Shown here piece after piece: positions 1 to 9,422 of a DNA stretch of 64,000 bases. The position numbers were made by a program, and so were the translations under genes. Origin of the DNA: an uncultured Gammaproteobacteria bacterium (GTDB taxonomy: Bacteria > Patescibacteriota > Patescibacteriia > UBA11705). Below the pieces are notes generated by a model, which worked only from the letters and a program-made list of their open reading frames with translations, made no database searches and was not told the origin of the DNA. The DNA is taken from the NCBI GenBank assembly GCA_964592195.1, contig CAZQEI010000003.1:20174-84173 (forward strand). Direction: 5' to 3'. The number at the start of each line of letters is the position of its first letter. Positions within the stretch are counted from its first letter, which is position 1.

Positions 1-123
1 ACCGAAGTCTTGACGAAGGTGGAGGGGATTTTGTAATGTACCCTCAAATGCTGTGTATTGAGTATATCATTTTTACTTTAATTTACCGGTTTTGTCAAGG
101 TAGGCTGTCAAAGCATGCTAACA

Positions 124-591
124 CTAATTCAATCTCCAAACAGCAAAATTTAACGCGGTAGCCAGAGAAACCCAACCCAAATATGGTACCAATAACCATG
201 CCGCTGGCCTGGAAATTGGGTAAAATTGCAGGATTGTGAAAAGAATCATGATCCACATCAAAGCGATTATTACCAACCCGCCCAGAATATTATGAGCACC
301 AAAGAAGACCGGTGTCCAGATGGCATTTAACGCCAATTGAACCAGAAAAATGATTAATGCCCACTTACCTACTCCCTTAAAGCCTGAAGTTTTCCAAATT
401 AGAAAAATGGCAATACCCATAAAAGTATACAAAGTTATCCACATGGGTCCAAACAACCAATTGGGCGGGGTAAAGCTGGGTTTATTCAGATGCACATACC
501 AGTTGGTAATTTCTTTGGCTGTGAACAATGAGCCTAGTAAACCTGCCAGTTGGCAGATTAAAATTGAGCCGATTAAACGTAAAGTATTCAT
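124..591 (-). CDS. tspO: TspO/MBR tryptophan-rich sensory protein
   Basis: WYxxLxKPSFTPPNWLFGPMW, QLALNAIWTPVFFG and LLVPYLGWVSLATALN motifs; 5 TM helices. Confidence 0.95.
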   Translation of the reverse strand: MNTLRLIGSILICQLAGLLGSLFTAKEITNWYVHLNKPSFTPPNWLFGPMWITLYTFMGIAIFLIWKTSGFKGVGKWALIIFLVQLALNAIWTPVFFGAHNILGGLVIIALMWIMILFTILQFYPISRPAAWLLVPYLGWVSLATALNFAVWRLN

Positions 592-602
592 ATGTCATCG
601 TG

Positions 603-1044
603 GCCACGCAAAATCTTGCGTGGCATTATTTGTTATTCCGTCTGGTGCTTTCTCGTCCGGACGCAATACCTTGCGTCCCAAAGGCCGACACGAACCGACG
701 GTTATTTATTCATCTAAAAATTATGCCTCTTCTTTCTATTCCCAATTCTCAGGATTTGTTTTTTGTGGCGACGCAAGATTTTGCGTCGCATTATTTCCAT
801 TTATTTTTTCTTCTTGCCATTTGGCTGGATTGTTTAAAATATAATCTCGGATTCTATTCAATTCCGCTTCATCTCTAACTATCCGATCGTTAAATCGTGA
901 CCTCCACGCAAATCTAATCTGATTATTTTTAGCAAATTTTGAAACACCAATTTTATAACCTCGAATTATCGAAGATAAATTTCTTTTTTGAGGACCAAAT
1001 TCATTCTTAAAATCACCTATCTGTGACGCAAGATCTTGCGTCAC
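603..1044. repeat. Four REP-like palindromes (N)NACGCAA-N4-TTGCGTN(N) at 603-624, 659-678, 768-789 and 1023-1044
   Basis: Perfect 8-9 bp stems with a 4-nt loop; outer pairs co-vary; next to or inside the RAYT gene. Confidence 0.85.
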
Positions 1045-1308
1045 CACAAGCTCATCTTTATCAATACAAATTATACCGTGTATATGGCTTGGCATAATTT
1101 GAAACACATCTAACAGCACAAAAGGAAAATGTTTAGGAATATCCATCCAACAATTTCTTGCGGCCAAACCCAACTTTGAATATACCATCTCAGCATTAAC
1201 AATTTCACCAAAGAGTCTTCGACTATTATGAATATTTATGGTAACAAAATAATAACCATTCTGAGAATAATCATAAGTTGAAAACCTTAAATTCTTTTCC
1301 GTCGACAT
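736..1308 (-). mobile_element. REP-associated tyrosine transposase (RAYT, Y1/HUH family)
   Basis: LRxxxYDYSQNGYYFVT N-terminus, MPSHIHGII HUH motif, W..RF.DRIVRD..EL.RIRDYILNNPAKW C-terminus; ATG at 1308 preferred to the upstream start that overlaps the next gene. Confidence 0.9.
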
Positions 1309-1322
1309 AAACTTTAACAAAT

Positions 1323-1898
1323 CTATTTGCCCTCTTTCCCCAACTTCTTTATTTTGTCTAACCAACTTTTTCTTTGTACTGGTTTTAAATCTTCAACTCC
1401 ACCAACGCTCGTCAATTTAATCGGTTTAATTCCACAAAAGCTCAAAGCATTTTTCACAGTTTTAAAGCCTGTGTTGCCTTCTAGGCAATTAATTAAACTG
1501 GGAGCCCCCGATGTAATAATAATTCTTGCACTTCGCTTGGTTAAAAACTTCTTTGGCAACTTCGAATTCTTTTCCATATGATAGGCAAATCCTGGGATAA
1601 AAACTCGATCAAAAAATCCTTTTAACAAAGCCGGCATAGATGACCACCAAAGGGGAAAAATAAACACAATGTGGTCTGCCCACTTAATATATTCTTGACT
1701 CTTCAACAAACCCGGCTCTAAAGCTTGAATCACTTGATAGCCTTGATGTAAAATCGGATCAAATTTTAATTTACCAATATCAATTGACTTCACTTCATAT
1801 CCGCCAGCACCAGCACCGTCTCGATACGCCTCAGCTAAAGATCTGCAAAAACTTTTATCCGCGGAATGACCGAGAATGATGAGAATTTTTTTGTTCAT
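1323..1898 (-). CDS. Flavodoxin-fold NAD(P)H-dependent (quinone) oxidoreductase
   Basis: KILIILGH, WADHIVFIFPLWWSSMPALLKGFFDRVFIPGFAY (Flavodoxin_2 pattern). Confidence 0.9.
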   Translation of the reverse strand: MNKKILIILGHSADKSFCRSLAEAYRDGAGAGGYEVKSIDIGKLKFDPILHQGYQVIQALEPGLLKSQEYIKWADHIVFIFPLWWSSMPALLKGFFDRVFIPGFAYHMEKNSKLPKKFLTKRSARIIITSGAPSLINCLEGNTGFKTVKNALSFCGIKPIKLTSVGGVEDLKPVQRKSWLDKIKKLGKEGK

Positions 1899-1959
1899 AT
1901 TTATAGTTAATTCTATGATAATTATAACACTTTCTGACTATTGAGTAAATTGTACCTGC

Positions 1960-2007
1960 TTGATTTTTTATAGTTGAAGTGGTAAAGTTGCATCGCACAT
2001 TCACAAT
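1960..2007 (+). promoter_or_regulatory. sigma70 promoter TTGATT-17-TAAAGT (extended -10) followed by boxA-like GCACATTCACAAT
   Basis: Spacing counted directly; AGGAG SD before ATG 2032. Confidence 0.55.
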
Positions 2008-2031
2008 TTAACTTCCACAACAGGAGACGAC

Positions 2032-2415
2032 ATGAAAAAGGCTGAAGAAGAGCTAAAATTAGAAATGACCGACTCCGATGATATTGACCATGAATCAGAC
2101 TTCCATGTGATTCGAAGCACAAGATTGATTCTCACGGATCTCAATGGTAATTCTTTTGAGCCGACTATGAACGACATTGAAACGAGAATTCGCGCTATCA
2201 ATGTTTGGTTCGCGATACTAATCGGAGCATTGTTGTTCTTCTTGTCACAAATGATGGTTGGCGCTTGGCAAAAAGATGCCTTTCTCTTGGTTTCCAGTTC
2301 TATTTGTTTTTCGTTAAGTTTCATCATTCTCATCCCCATGATCCTCCAAATTAAAAATAACTATGCCCTTTGTTCACAATTTTTGAAAAGAACTAATCAT
2401 TACGAAGAAACATAA
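2032..2415 (+). CDS. Hypothetical 2-TM membrane protein
   Basis: ORF with AGGAG SD and two hydrophobic segments. Confidence 0.65.
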   Translation: MKKAEEELKLEMTDSDDIDHESDFHVIRSTRLILTDLNGNSFEPTMNDIETRIRAINVWFAILIGALLFFLSQMMVGAWQKDAFLLVSSSICFSLSFIILIPMILQIKNNYALCSQFLKRTNHYEET

Positions 2416-2437
2416 ACCACTACCAAAGGAGACGCGC

Positions 2438-2740
2438 ATGGAGAAACTCTTTGGGAACAAGAAAACACGAACATCTGCTCAAGACATGCGTTTGAAGAAA
2501 TTTTACGCCATTCTATGCGTTGTTGCATGGCTAATGTTTGCCGGTCTATTTCCTATTGTAGATACATTCTTTAAGAAATATAACTCAGTGGCTCTATTAA
2601 TCGGAGTCAGTGGCATGTTTCTAAGCTTCTTTTTGTTTTTCATAGCGATACTCAAATATAGAATAGCCAAAGATGAATACCAAAAGTACTATTTCCGGTG
2701 GTTCCCGGAAGAACGACGACTGCCCAACTCATCCCTTTAA
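2438..2740 (+). CDS. Hypothetical 2-TM membrane protein
   Basis: AAGGAG SD, two hydrophobic segments, operon spacing. Confidence 0.7.
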   Translation: MEKLFGNKKTRTSAQDMRLKKFYAILCVVAWLMFAGLFPIVDTFFKKYNSVALLIGVSGMFLSFFLFFIAILKYRIAKDEYQKYYFRWFPEERRLPNSSL

Positions 2741-2752
2741 GGAGGCATAAAC

Positions 2753-3046
2753 ATGCGACGCTTGCCCGCAATTCTTTCCACCGCCATCCTGGGAACAAAC
2801 ATTGCGTTTATCATTACATTGATCGCCTTAATTCTATTTACTGCCTTAGCCTTTGTAACCAAGCAATACCAACCGCATATTTTCCCAATCTATGTCGCCA
2901 CTTGCATTGTAATTTTCATGGGAATATTCCTCACGTTGTTCCCCCTGCGAAGAAAAATCATGAGAGAATTTGTAGTTGAATCAAAACGAATCTATCTACC
3001 ATCAATACGTCTGAAGAGTCATCAACCACCTCCGAACCAAGAATAA
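2753..3046 (+). CDS. Hypothetical 2-TM membrane protein
   Basis: AAGGAGG SD, two hydrophobic segments, terminator follows. Confidence 0.7.
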   Translation: MRRLPAILSTAILGTNIAFIITLIALILFTALAFVTKQYQPHIFPIYVATCIVIFMGIFLTLFPLRRKIMREFVVESKRIYLPSIRLKSHQPPPNQE

Positions 3047-3052
3047 ACATTA

Positions 3053-3076
3053 GCACTGATAATCATCAGTGTTTTT
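3053..3076 (+). terminator. Intrinsic terminator
   Basis: GCACTGAT-AATC-ATCAGTGT plus T-tract. Confidence 0.75.
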
Positions 3077-3081
3077 CGTTA

Positions 3082-3131
3082 TTGACAAGGTTAGAGTCAC
3101 ATGATAATATCATCTATTGGTCGTTCACAAC
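3082..3131 (+). promoter_or_regulatory. Consensus sigma70 promoter TTGACA-17-TATAAT with boxA-like GGTCGTTCACAAC
   Basis: Perfect -35/-10, TG extension, 17-bp spacer. Confidence 0.85.
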
Positions 3132-3166
3132 CAGTCCCGCATGCGGGGCAAACACAAGGGGGATAC

Positions 3167-3697
3167 ATGAGCCAGTCGCGAGATTACAATGTGGTGTTCG
3201 AGTATATTCGTGAAGATGGTTGGAAGGGAATTAGGTACATTTCTATTTACGAAGATGAAAATGACTTCAATGCTCGACCGAATCAACGATATGAAGAAAA
3301 AAATGAAAAAGTGATCGCTAAGGGCATCCCCATCGACGAAGCTCAAAGCCTAGTAGCTCAAGTGCCTTTTCAGTGTAAAGTAAAATGCAGCATTGAAAAA
3401 GCTTTTCTCGGAAATAAATTTGTACCCATCATGTTCCAGATGGAAATCCAAAATCAAATTGGTAACGAACCTGGGCAATTTAAAGAATCCATGGGAGCAG
3501 TTCCCGGAACATTGACATTCATCAATCCTGAAGAAATTGAAGAGAGTCTTCTTCAAAGTGGAAAAATGAAAGACCTTCTATTCCTTTGCGTCGACAAAGC
3601 TACTGATACTGAAAACAACAAATTCTATTGGGACGCACTTGTTCACAACCTGGAAATTTTGAGAATGGCAACTGGCCTAACTATTCTAATCGATTAA
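3167..3697 (+). CDS. Hypothetical protein
   Basis: ORF; ATG 3167 has a GGGGG SD and lies downstream of the promoter. Confidence 0.7.
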   Translation: MSQSRDYNVVFEYIREDGWKGIRYISIYEDENDFNARPNQRYEEKNEKVIAKGIPIDEAQSLVAQVPFQCKVKCSIEKAFLGNKFVPIMFQMEIQNQIGNEPGQFKESMGAVPGTLTFINPEEIEESLLQSGKMKDLLFLCVDKATDTENNKFYWDALVHNLEILRMATGLTILID

Positions 3698-3705
3698 TTT
3701 TAACT

Positions 3706-3728
3706 GCAGGATAAACTCCTGCTTTTTT
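3706..3728 (+). terminator. Intrinsic terminator
   Basis: GCAGGA-TAAAC-TCCTGC plus T6. Confidence 0.75.
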
Positions 3729-3729
3729 G

Positions 3730-3759
3730 TCAGCCGGAGGCTGATCCGCCTTTGGCGGA
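3730..3759. repeat. 30-bp double-hairpin element TCAGCCGGAGGCTGATCCGCCTYTGGCGGR; other copies 25363-25392, 60823-60872 (reverse, interrupted), half copy 23474-23488
   Basis: Near-identical dispersed copies read directly. Confidence 0.85.
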
Positions 3760-3790
3760 TTTTATTTTGAATAAAAAAAATACTCTATGA

Positions 3791-3840
3791 TTGACAAATT
3801 AACCAGTAATTGCTATGCTATATAGTCGTACTTTAACAAA
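3791..3840 (+). promoter_or_regulatory. sigma70 promoter TTGACA-17-TATGCT with boxA-like GTACTTTAACAAA
   Basis: Spacing counted; AGGAGG SD before ATG 3863. Confidence 0.75.
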
Positions 3841-3862
3841 ACCAAAACACCTAGGAGGGTGC

Positions 3863-4579
3863 ATGGACCTGTTCACTCTGGATAATTTAATTGCCTTAAT
3901 CACGTTGGCTGGTCTCGAGATCATCTTGGGGATTGACAACATAGTGATGCTATCGATTCTCAGCAACCGTTTACCCGTTGAAAAACGTCATCGGGCAAGA
4001 AAAATTGGACTGCTCTTAGCAATGATCATGCGAATTCTACTGCTTTGTTCCCTCAGCTTTATCATGAAGCTAACAGAACCTCTCTTCACAATCTTTACAG
4101 TAGAAATCAGTGGCCGCAGTTTGATCTTGATCGTTGGTGGACTTTTCTTGCTTTACAAGGCAACGAAGGAAATTCACGAACACTCCAACGATGAACATGA
4201 AGAGCATGAAAAGATCAGTCGCGCCGCTTCCTTTGCCAAGGTGTTAATTCAAATCATGCTTTTTGACCTAGTATTCTCTCTCGATTCTGTCATTACCGCA
4301 GTTGGCATGGCACAAAATCTGATTATCATGATTGTTGCCATTGTCATCGCCATTCTGGTCATGATGCAATTCTCTGGTCAAGTCAGCAAATTCATTGACC
4401 ACAATCCCAGTATTAAAATCTTGGCGTTGTGTTTCCTGAATCTGATTGGCTTCATGTTGGTAATGGAAGGAGTGGGAAAACACATTGAGAAGGGATATAT
4501 TTACTCTGCCATTGGATTTTCCCTAGTGGCAGAATTGATCAACATTAAAAAAACAAAGAGTAAACGACCTCAACACTAA
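3863..4579 (+). CDS. TerC family integral membrane protein
   Basis: LEIILGIDNIV, GGLFLLYKATKEIH and DLVFSLDSVITAVGM motifs. Confidence 0.93.
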   Translation: MDLFTLDNLIALITLAGLEIILGIDNIVMLSILSNRLPVEKRHRARKIGLLLAMIMRILLLCSLSFIMKLTEPLFTIFTVEISGRSLILIVGGLFLLYKATKEIHEHSNDEHEEHEKISRAASFAKVLIQIMLFDLVFSLDSVITAVGMAQNLIIMIVAIVIAILVMMQFSGQVSKFIDHNPSIKILALCFLNLIGFMLVMEGVGKHIEKGYIYSAIGFSLVAELINIKKTKSKRPQH

Positions 4580-4597
4580 AATTCTCATTAAAAAACA

Positions 4598-4621
4598 TCC
4601 AGCTATCAGGCTGGACTTTTT
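4598..4621 (+). terminator. Intrinsic terminator
   Basis: TCCAGC..GCTGGA stem plus T-tract. Confidence 0.7.
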
Positions 4622-4643
4622 ATTTTCATATAAAGATTACAAC

Positions 4644-4748
4644 GCTACAGATGCTACAGATTCAAAATTAAATTAATTTCCTACAGATACTACCGATAAA
4701 GACATCCGTAGTATCCGTAGAGATTCGTAGATCCGTAGAATCAGTAGC
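4644..4748. repeat. Inverted-arm element built from CTACRGAT units; related copies 24757-24812 and 43307-43444
   Basis: GCTACAGATGCTACAGAT left arm, ATCCGTAG-type right arm. Confidence 0.75.
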
Positions 4749-4752
4749 CTTA

Positions 4753-6381
4753 TTATCGGGCTTTGGATGATCGTCGACTATACCATTTTCTTTTCAACAT
4801 CCCCTTAATATAATTCATCTCCTTTGACTTCATAATTAAGTTAGCCAAAATAAACACCACACCGGAAACAATGGTAATCATAAACACATCAAATAACAAA
4901 GAAGACAACGCCGCATGCAAAGTAGTTTTGAAAAACCAAGTTTTCAATCCCCAAATTACTGCACCCATTAAAACTGAACTTCCAACAATTTTCATCAATG
5001 AAGTTAACAACACAGGAATTTCAAAATCACCAATGGCTCTCTTTAATGTTATAAACAAAACTACAAAATCTAAAATTGCCCCAATACTGAAGGCCAAACT
5101 CAATCCCATCACTCCAAACTTCGGTGTTAACCACCAAGCGAAAAATACCGTTCCGATAGCACCGACAATTCCAGCGAGCAATGGCCACATGGTATTGTGC
5201 CGAGCAAAAAAGGCGCGCGCAAATAATGGAATTAAAGCCTGAGCAAATAAACTTAGAATAAACCAACCAAAAGCGTTAGCCGTAGTTTGAATATCTGATC
5301 CGGCGAACTTACCAGCGCCGAGAATTATCCGCACAATTTCTGTTCTTAACAACAAGAAAAGCACTGACAACGGAATTATCGCGAACAAAATCAAACGAAA
5401 ACTATCATTAAAAGTGCTATTAAATTTAAATAAATCTTTTTTATTATAATAGTTTGATAATGTTGGAAAAGCGGCGATGGCAAAGGATACTCCGATTAAA
5501 CCAACAGGTAATCCTTGTAAATTATTGGCTAAGTTAAAAATAGCAATACTCCCGGTGGCAATCATTGAACCAAAAAATGTGATAACGATCAGATTGAACT
5601 GCGTGGTAGCTAGACCAAGAATACGCGGTAACATCATTTTTCCAATAGCCCGCACATTTTGATCTTTCCAATCCCACAAGCGTTGATATTTAAAACCTAA
5701 ATCAAATAACGCTGGTAATTGAATCAATAAATGCAACAAAGCACCCAGGGCAACACCCCAAGCCAAACCGTAAATATCAAACCATTTAGTTAAATACACT
5801 GCGCCGATAATAATACCAACATTATACATTATTGGAGATAATGAAAAAATAAAGAAACGTTTAAACGATTGCAACACCGCGCCTACAATTCCACTTAACC
5901 CCAAAAATATCGGACTTAGAAACATTATTCGCGTCATGTTCGTAGCAATACCAACTTGCATGGGTGTAAAACCGGGAGAGATTAAATGAACCAAATCTTT
6001 AGCGAAAATAAAACAGATAACGGAAATTATCAAAACAAAAAACGAAAAAATATTGATAATATTATTGGTCAATTTCCAAGCCACGCTATTATCCACCTCA
6101 ACGGTTTCACCAAATTCATTTTTAACTTCTTCCTTCATTAACGAAGTAAAAATCGGAATAAAGCCGGCTGACACTGCGCCAAGAATTATTAAATTGTAAA
6201 TTAAATCCGGGATACGAAAAGCGGAATAGTAAATATCCAAAGCGGCGCCTGCGCCAAATTCACCAGCTAAAACCCGATCACGGAATATTCCCAGTACGCG
6301 GCTGGCTAATGAAGTGATGGCAATCACCATAGCAGCATTGGCAATAGAACCAGAGCGGCCGTAAAGTAGTTTTTTAAGCAT
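4753..6381 (-). CDS. murJ: Lipid II flippase MurJ (MviN)
   Basis: SRVLGIFRD..AGEFGAG..D.Y..AFRIPD; many TM helices. Confidence 0.95.
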   Translation of the reverse strand: MLKKLLYGRSGSIANAAMVIAITSLASRVLGIFRDRVLAGEFGAGAALDIYYSAFRIPDLIYNLIILGAVSAGFIPIFTSLMKEEVKNEFGETVEVDNSVAWKLTNNIINIFSFFVLIISVICFIFAKDLVHLISPGFTPMQVGIATNMTRIMFLSPIFLGLSGIVGAVLQSFKRFFIFSLSPIMYNVGIIIGAVYLTKWFDIYGLAWGVALGALLHLLIQLPALFDLGFKYQRLWDWKDQNVRAIGKMMLPRILGLATTQFNLIVITFFGSMIATGSIAIFNLANNLQGLPVGLIGVSFAIAAFPTLSNYYNKKDLFKFNSTFNDSFRLILFAIIPLSVLFLLLRTEIVRIILGAGKFAGSDIQTTANAFGWFILSLFAQALIPLFARAFFARHNTMWPLLAGIVGAIGTVFFAWWLTPKFGVMGLSLAFSIGAILDFVVLFITLKRAIGDFEIPVLLTSLMKIVGSSVLMGAVIWGLKTWFFKTTLHAALSSLLFDVFMITIVSGVVFILANLIMKSKEMNYIKGMLKRKWYSRRSSKAR

Positions 6382-6386
6382 ATTTA

Positions 6387-6824
6387 CTAATAATTTATAT
6401 AATCTTTAATTCGACCATACTCTTTTCTAGCTGGCCAAATTTTACCCGGTACTTGTTTAATTGCGCCACCTAAAACCTTTGCCATTGGCGACAATTTTAA
6501 TCTTTTATCTAAGACTTTAATATATGGGAAAAAATTTTGCGCTATTTTGTTATTGATTTGAAAATTGTGTCCAATATAGAAATTAACGTTGCCATGGGGG
6601 TCAATGATTCCCCTAATAACTTCGTTTATCAATTTGTCATTTCTAACAGTCATCCAATCATTTTTCACAAACCATTCTGCGTGTGAATATCCCACTCCTT
6701 TACGCGCTATATACAATTTACCTTGATAAATGACAAACATGCGACGTTGGCGGTGATAGTCTTTTATTTGTTTGTTTTCTTTAGTGCTGTATTGGTTTTC
6801 AACTATGCTCATATCTATTAACAA
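6387..6824 (-). CDS. Hypothetical protein (start may be ATG 6812)
   Basis: 145-aa ORF ending 5 nt before the murJ start. Confidence 0.65.
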   Translation of the reverse strand: MLIDMSIVENQYSTKENKQIKDYHRQRRMFVIYQGKLYIARKGVGYSHAEWFVKNDWMTVRNDKLINEVIRGIIDPHGNVNFYIGHNFQINNKIAQNFFPYIKVLDKRLKLSPMAKVLGGAIKQVPGKIWPARKEYGRIKDYINY

Positions 6825-6930
6825 TGAACTGATAATTTAGATAAAGGGTCTCGAAGACGAGCCAAGGTAAGTTCGCAAATTAGACACACGAACCCGGACT
6901 AAAGTCCGGGGTAAAATAATTTTACGTATT

Positions 6931-8043
6931 CTAAACAATCTTTTTCACAATCATCAATTCCTCATTTGTAGGGATCACAAACGCTTTAGTTTTGATCGGC
7001 AAGTTCTTCATAATCAAATTGCGCACAATCGCACTGCGTTCCCCAATTCCGGCGGTAAAGATAATGGCATCCACTTTCCCCAATTCTACAAAATACGCGC
7101 CAATATATTTTCTCACTCGATCAACAAAAATTGATAAAGCTAATTCAGAATAAGCTTTTTGTTTGACTGAATATTTTTTGTTTTCATAACCTTCAACTTT
7201 ATAACCGGCAGCAGACAAAACATCCCGCAAATCTTTAAACCCAGTCAAACCAACAAAGCCCGACTCTTTATTCAGTAAATTATCCACTTGATCAACTGTA
7301 TAGCCATGTCTTTGCAAAAATAACGGAATGGAAGCGTCAATATCACCACAGCGAGTGCTCATCATTAACCCTTGCAAAGGTGAAAAACCCATAGTGGTAT
7401 CCACTACTTTGCCATTTTTAATCGCCGCCATACTGGAGCCACTACCCAAATGACAAGTAATCAAATTTAATTTTGCCAATGGCTTCTTCAACTTCTTTGC
7501 GGCTTCATGGGCCACAAATTCATGGGACAAACCATGAAAGCCATAGCGACGAATATCAAACTTTTTATACAATGCAATCGGCAACGGATAAATATAGACT
7601 TTGGCCGGTAACGTGGCATGGAATGCCGTATCAAACACTGCATAATTTTTCGCTTGCGGTAATAGATTTAAACATGATTTGATACCTAAAATATTTGGCG
7701 GATTGTGCAACGGCGCCAATTTATTATACTTTTCCAGTTGTTTCAAGTTTTTCTTTGTAACTAACATTGGTAATTGAAAATCTTCACCACCATGGACCAC
7801 ACGATGACCAACTTTTTTTATTTCTGATAATTTCACACCGCATTTAGTTAACAAAAACAAGACTTTATTCAAAGCTTGTTCATGGTTGGCGCAAGTAAAA
7901 GTTTCTTTTTGATCATCAAAATCAATAAAACTTCCTGTTTGACCAATTTTTTCTACTAATCCCGAATGTTTAACTGCCAGCTTTTCATTGAATAATTTAA
8001 ACTTCAAACTGGAAGAACCAGAATTAATGACTAGATAAAACAT
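6931..8043 (-). CDS. ackA: Acetate kinase
   Basis: INSGSSSLKF, GHRVVHGG, APLHNP, RRYGFHGLSH, PTNEEL. Confidence 0.97.
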   Translation of the reverse strand: MFYLVINSGSSSLKFKLFNEKLAVKHSGLVEKIGQTGSFIDFDDQKETFTCANHEQALNKVLFLLTKCGVKLSEIKKVGHRVVHGGEDFQLPMLVTKKNLKQLEKYNKLAPLHNPPNILGIKSCLNLLPQAKNYAVFDTAFHATLPAKVYIYPLPIALYKKFDIRRYGFHGLSHEFVAHEAAKKLKKPLAKLNLITCHLGSGSSMAAIKNGKVVDTTMGFSPLQGLMMSTRCGDIDASIPLFLQRHGYTVDQVDNLLNKESGFVGLTGFKDLRDVLSAAGYKVEGYENKKYSVKQKAYSELALSIFVDRVRKYIGAYFVELGKVDAIIFTAGIGERSAIVRNLIMKNLPIKTKAFVIPTNEELMIVKKIV

Positions 8044-8056
8044 ATTTTTATTTTAT

Positions 8057-8623
8057 TTAAACAATCAATTCCCCTTCGCTTTCCATGGGCAACAACGCGG
8101 AGTTACCTTCATCAGTATCTAAATGTACGGAAGCGTTAAAAGAATCTTTAATTCGCACTTCCACATTTTCAAAAGTCAAAGCCCGAGGACTGTCAATTTT
8201 AACTTTCACTTCTTGTCCATTTTTTACACCATAGCGCAAAGCTTCAGATTCATTCAAATGAACATGTCTTTTGGCAACTATCACACCTTTTAACAAATCT
8301 AACTCACCTTTTGGACCGACAACTTTAATTGCGCCAGAACCTTCAATTTTTCCAGATAAACGCAAAGGTGCTTGCACTCCGAGAAAGAAACAATCTGTGC
8401 GAGCTAATTCTACTTGAGTAAATTGACGGCAAGGTCCAAGAACACGAACCGACTCAATTTGGCGTTTTGGACCCACCAGCTTAACCTCAGCTGTGCTGGC
8501 GAATTCACCGCCCTGTGATAAATCTTTCAATTTTTCCAACTGATATCCCTCACCAAAAAGTATTTCTAAATCATGCTGCGTCAAATGCAAATGACGCGCC
8601 GAAACTTCCACGCGAATTTTCAT
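8057..8623 (-). CDS. pduL: Phosphate propanoyl/acetyltransferase PduL
   Basis: VSARHLHL, VRVLGPCR..TQVELA.TD, GVIVAKRHVH, HLDTDEGN. Confidence 0.95.
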   Translation of the reverse strand: MKIRVEVSARHLHLTQHDLEILFGEGYQLEKLKDLSQGGEFASTAEVKLVGPKRQIESVRVLGPCRQFTQVELARTDCFFLGVQAPLRLSGKIEGSGAIKVVGPKGELDLLKGVIVAKRHVHLNESEALRYGVKNGQEVKVKIDSPRALTFENVEVRIKDSFNASVHLDTDEGNSALLPMESEGELIV

Positions 8624-8716
8624 ATGTTTTATAGCTATTTATGCTAATATAATTATAGCATTTTTTTAACTGAGACGGAACAGAAATTTAGCCTATTTAA
8701 CCACAGGTTGCCAATA

Positions 8717-8763
8717 TTGACAATTTAATACTTTCATTATACAATAAGCTGTTCATTGACAAT
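8717..8763 (+). promoter_or_regulatory. sigma70 promoter TTGACA-17-TACAAT with boxA-like GTTCATTGACAAT
   Basis: Spacing counted directly. Confidence 0.75.
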
Positions 8764-8786
8764 CACACCAAAGAAAGGATCGTATC

Positions 8787-9422
8787 ATGGAAATGCGACG
8801 TCAAAAGTTCTTTGAATTGGTACATCGCCAAGTCGAAAATGATCGCTATCGAGTTGCCATTGAGTTTGCTTATGAGCTGGCCAAAGTCGCTCATTACAAA
8901 CAACCGCCACGTGCTAATGGTGAAAGATATTTTAGCCATGTAAAAGCCGTCGCTGCAATCATTCTGCAAGAATTGAATCTGTCCTTATATAATGAAAATG
9001 AAATTACAACATTGATCATTGCCGCTCTTTTGCATGACTTGATGGAAGATACTTTCGTGGCCAAAAGACGCCATTTGGCTTTCATTTTTGATCAAATCAA
9101 CCCAGAAATTACGATGATTATTGAAACAGTCACAAAAGTTGAAGGCCCCAATAAGTTTGCCAAATTGCTGAGTTGCTGTCATAAATTAGTTAAGATCATC
9201 AAAGGCGCTGACCGTTTGCATAATCAGCGCACACTTTGCTATTGCACACCGGCCAAGATTCGGCGTAAGAATGCTGAGACGCGGAACAAGATCCTGCCGT
9301 GGCTGAAGTTCCGTTCTCGTGATCCGAACTTACTGCATCTGATTGATCAGATTGAGAAGCAGACTGCGTTGAATGAATCTGGGCTCAACACCACCACACC
9401 CACGAGGAGGGCGTCATGTTAA
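8787..9422 (+). CDS. Stand-alone RelA/SpoT-type HD domain protein (small alarmone hydrolase-like)
   Basis: AH..Q..R..GE.Y..H..AVA, AALLHDLMEDT, IK.ADRLHN.RTL; no synthetase domain. Confidence 0.85.
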   Translation: MEMRRQKFFELVHRQVENDRYRVAIEFAYELAKVAHYKQPPRANGERYFSHVKAVAAIILQELNLSLYNENEITTLIIAALLHDLMEDTFVAKRRHLAFIFDQINPEITMIIETVTKVEGPNKFAKLLSCCHKLVKIIKGADRLHNQRTLCYCTPAKIRRKNAETRNKILPWLKFRSRDPNLLHLIDQIEKQTALNESGLNTTTPTRRASC

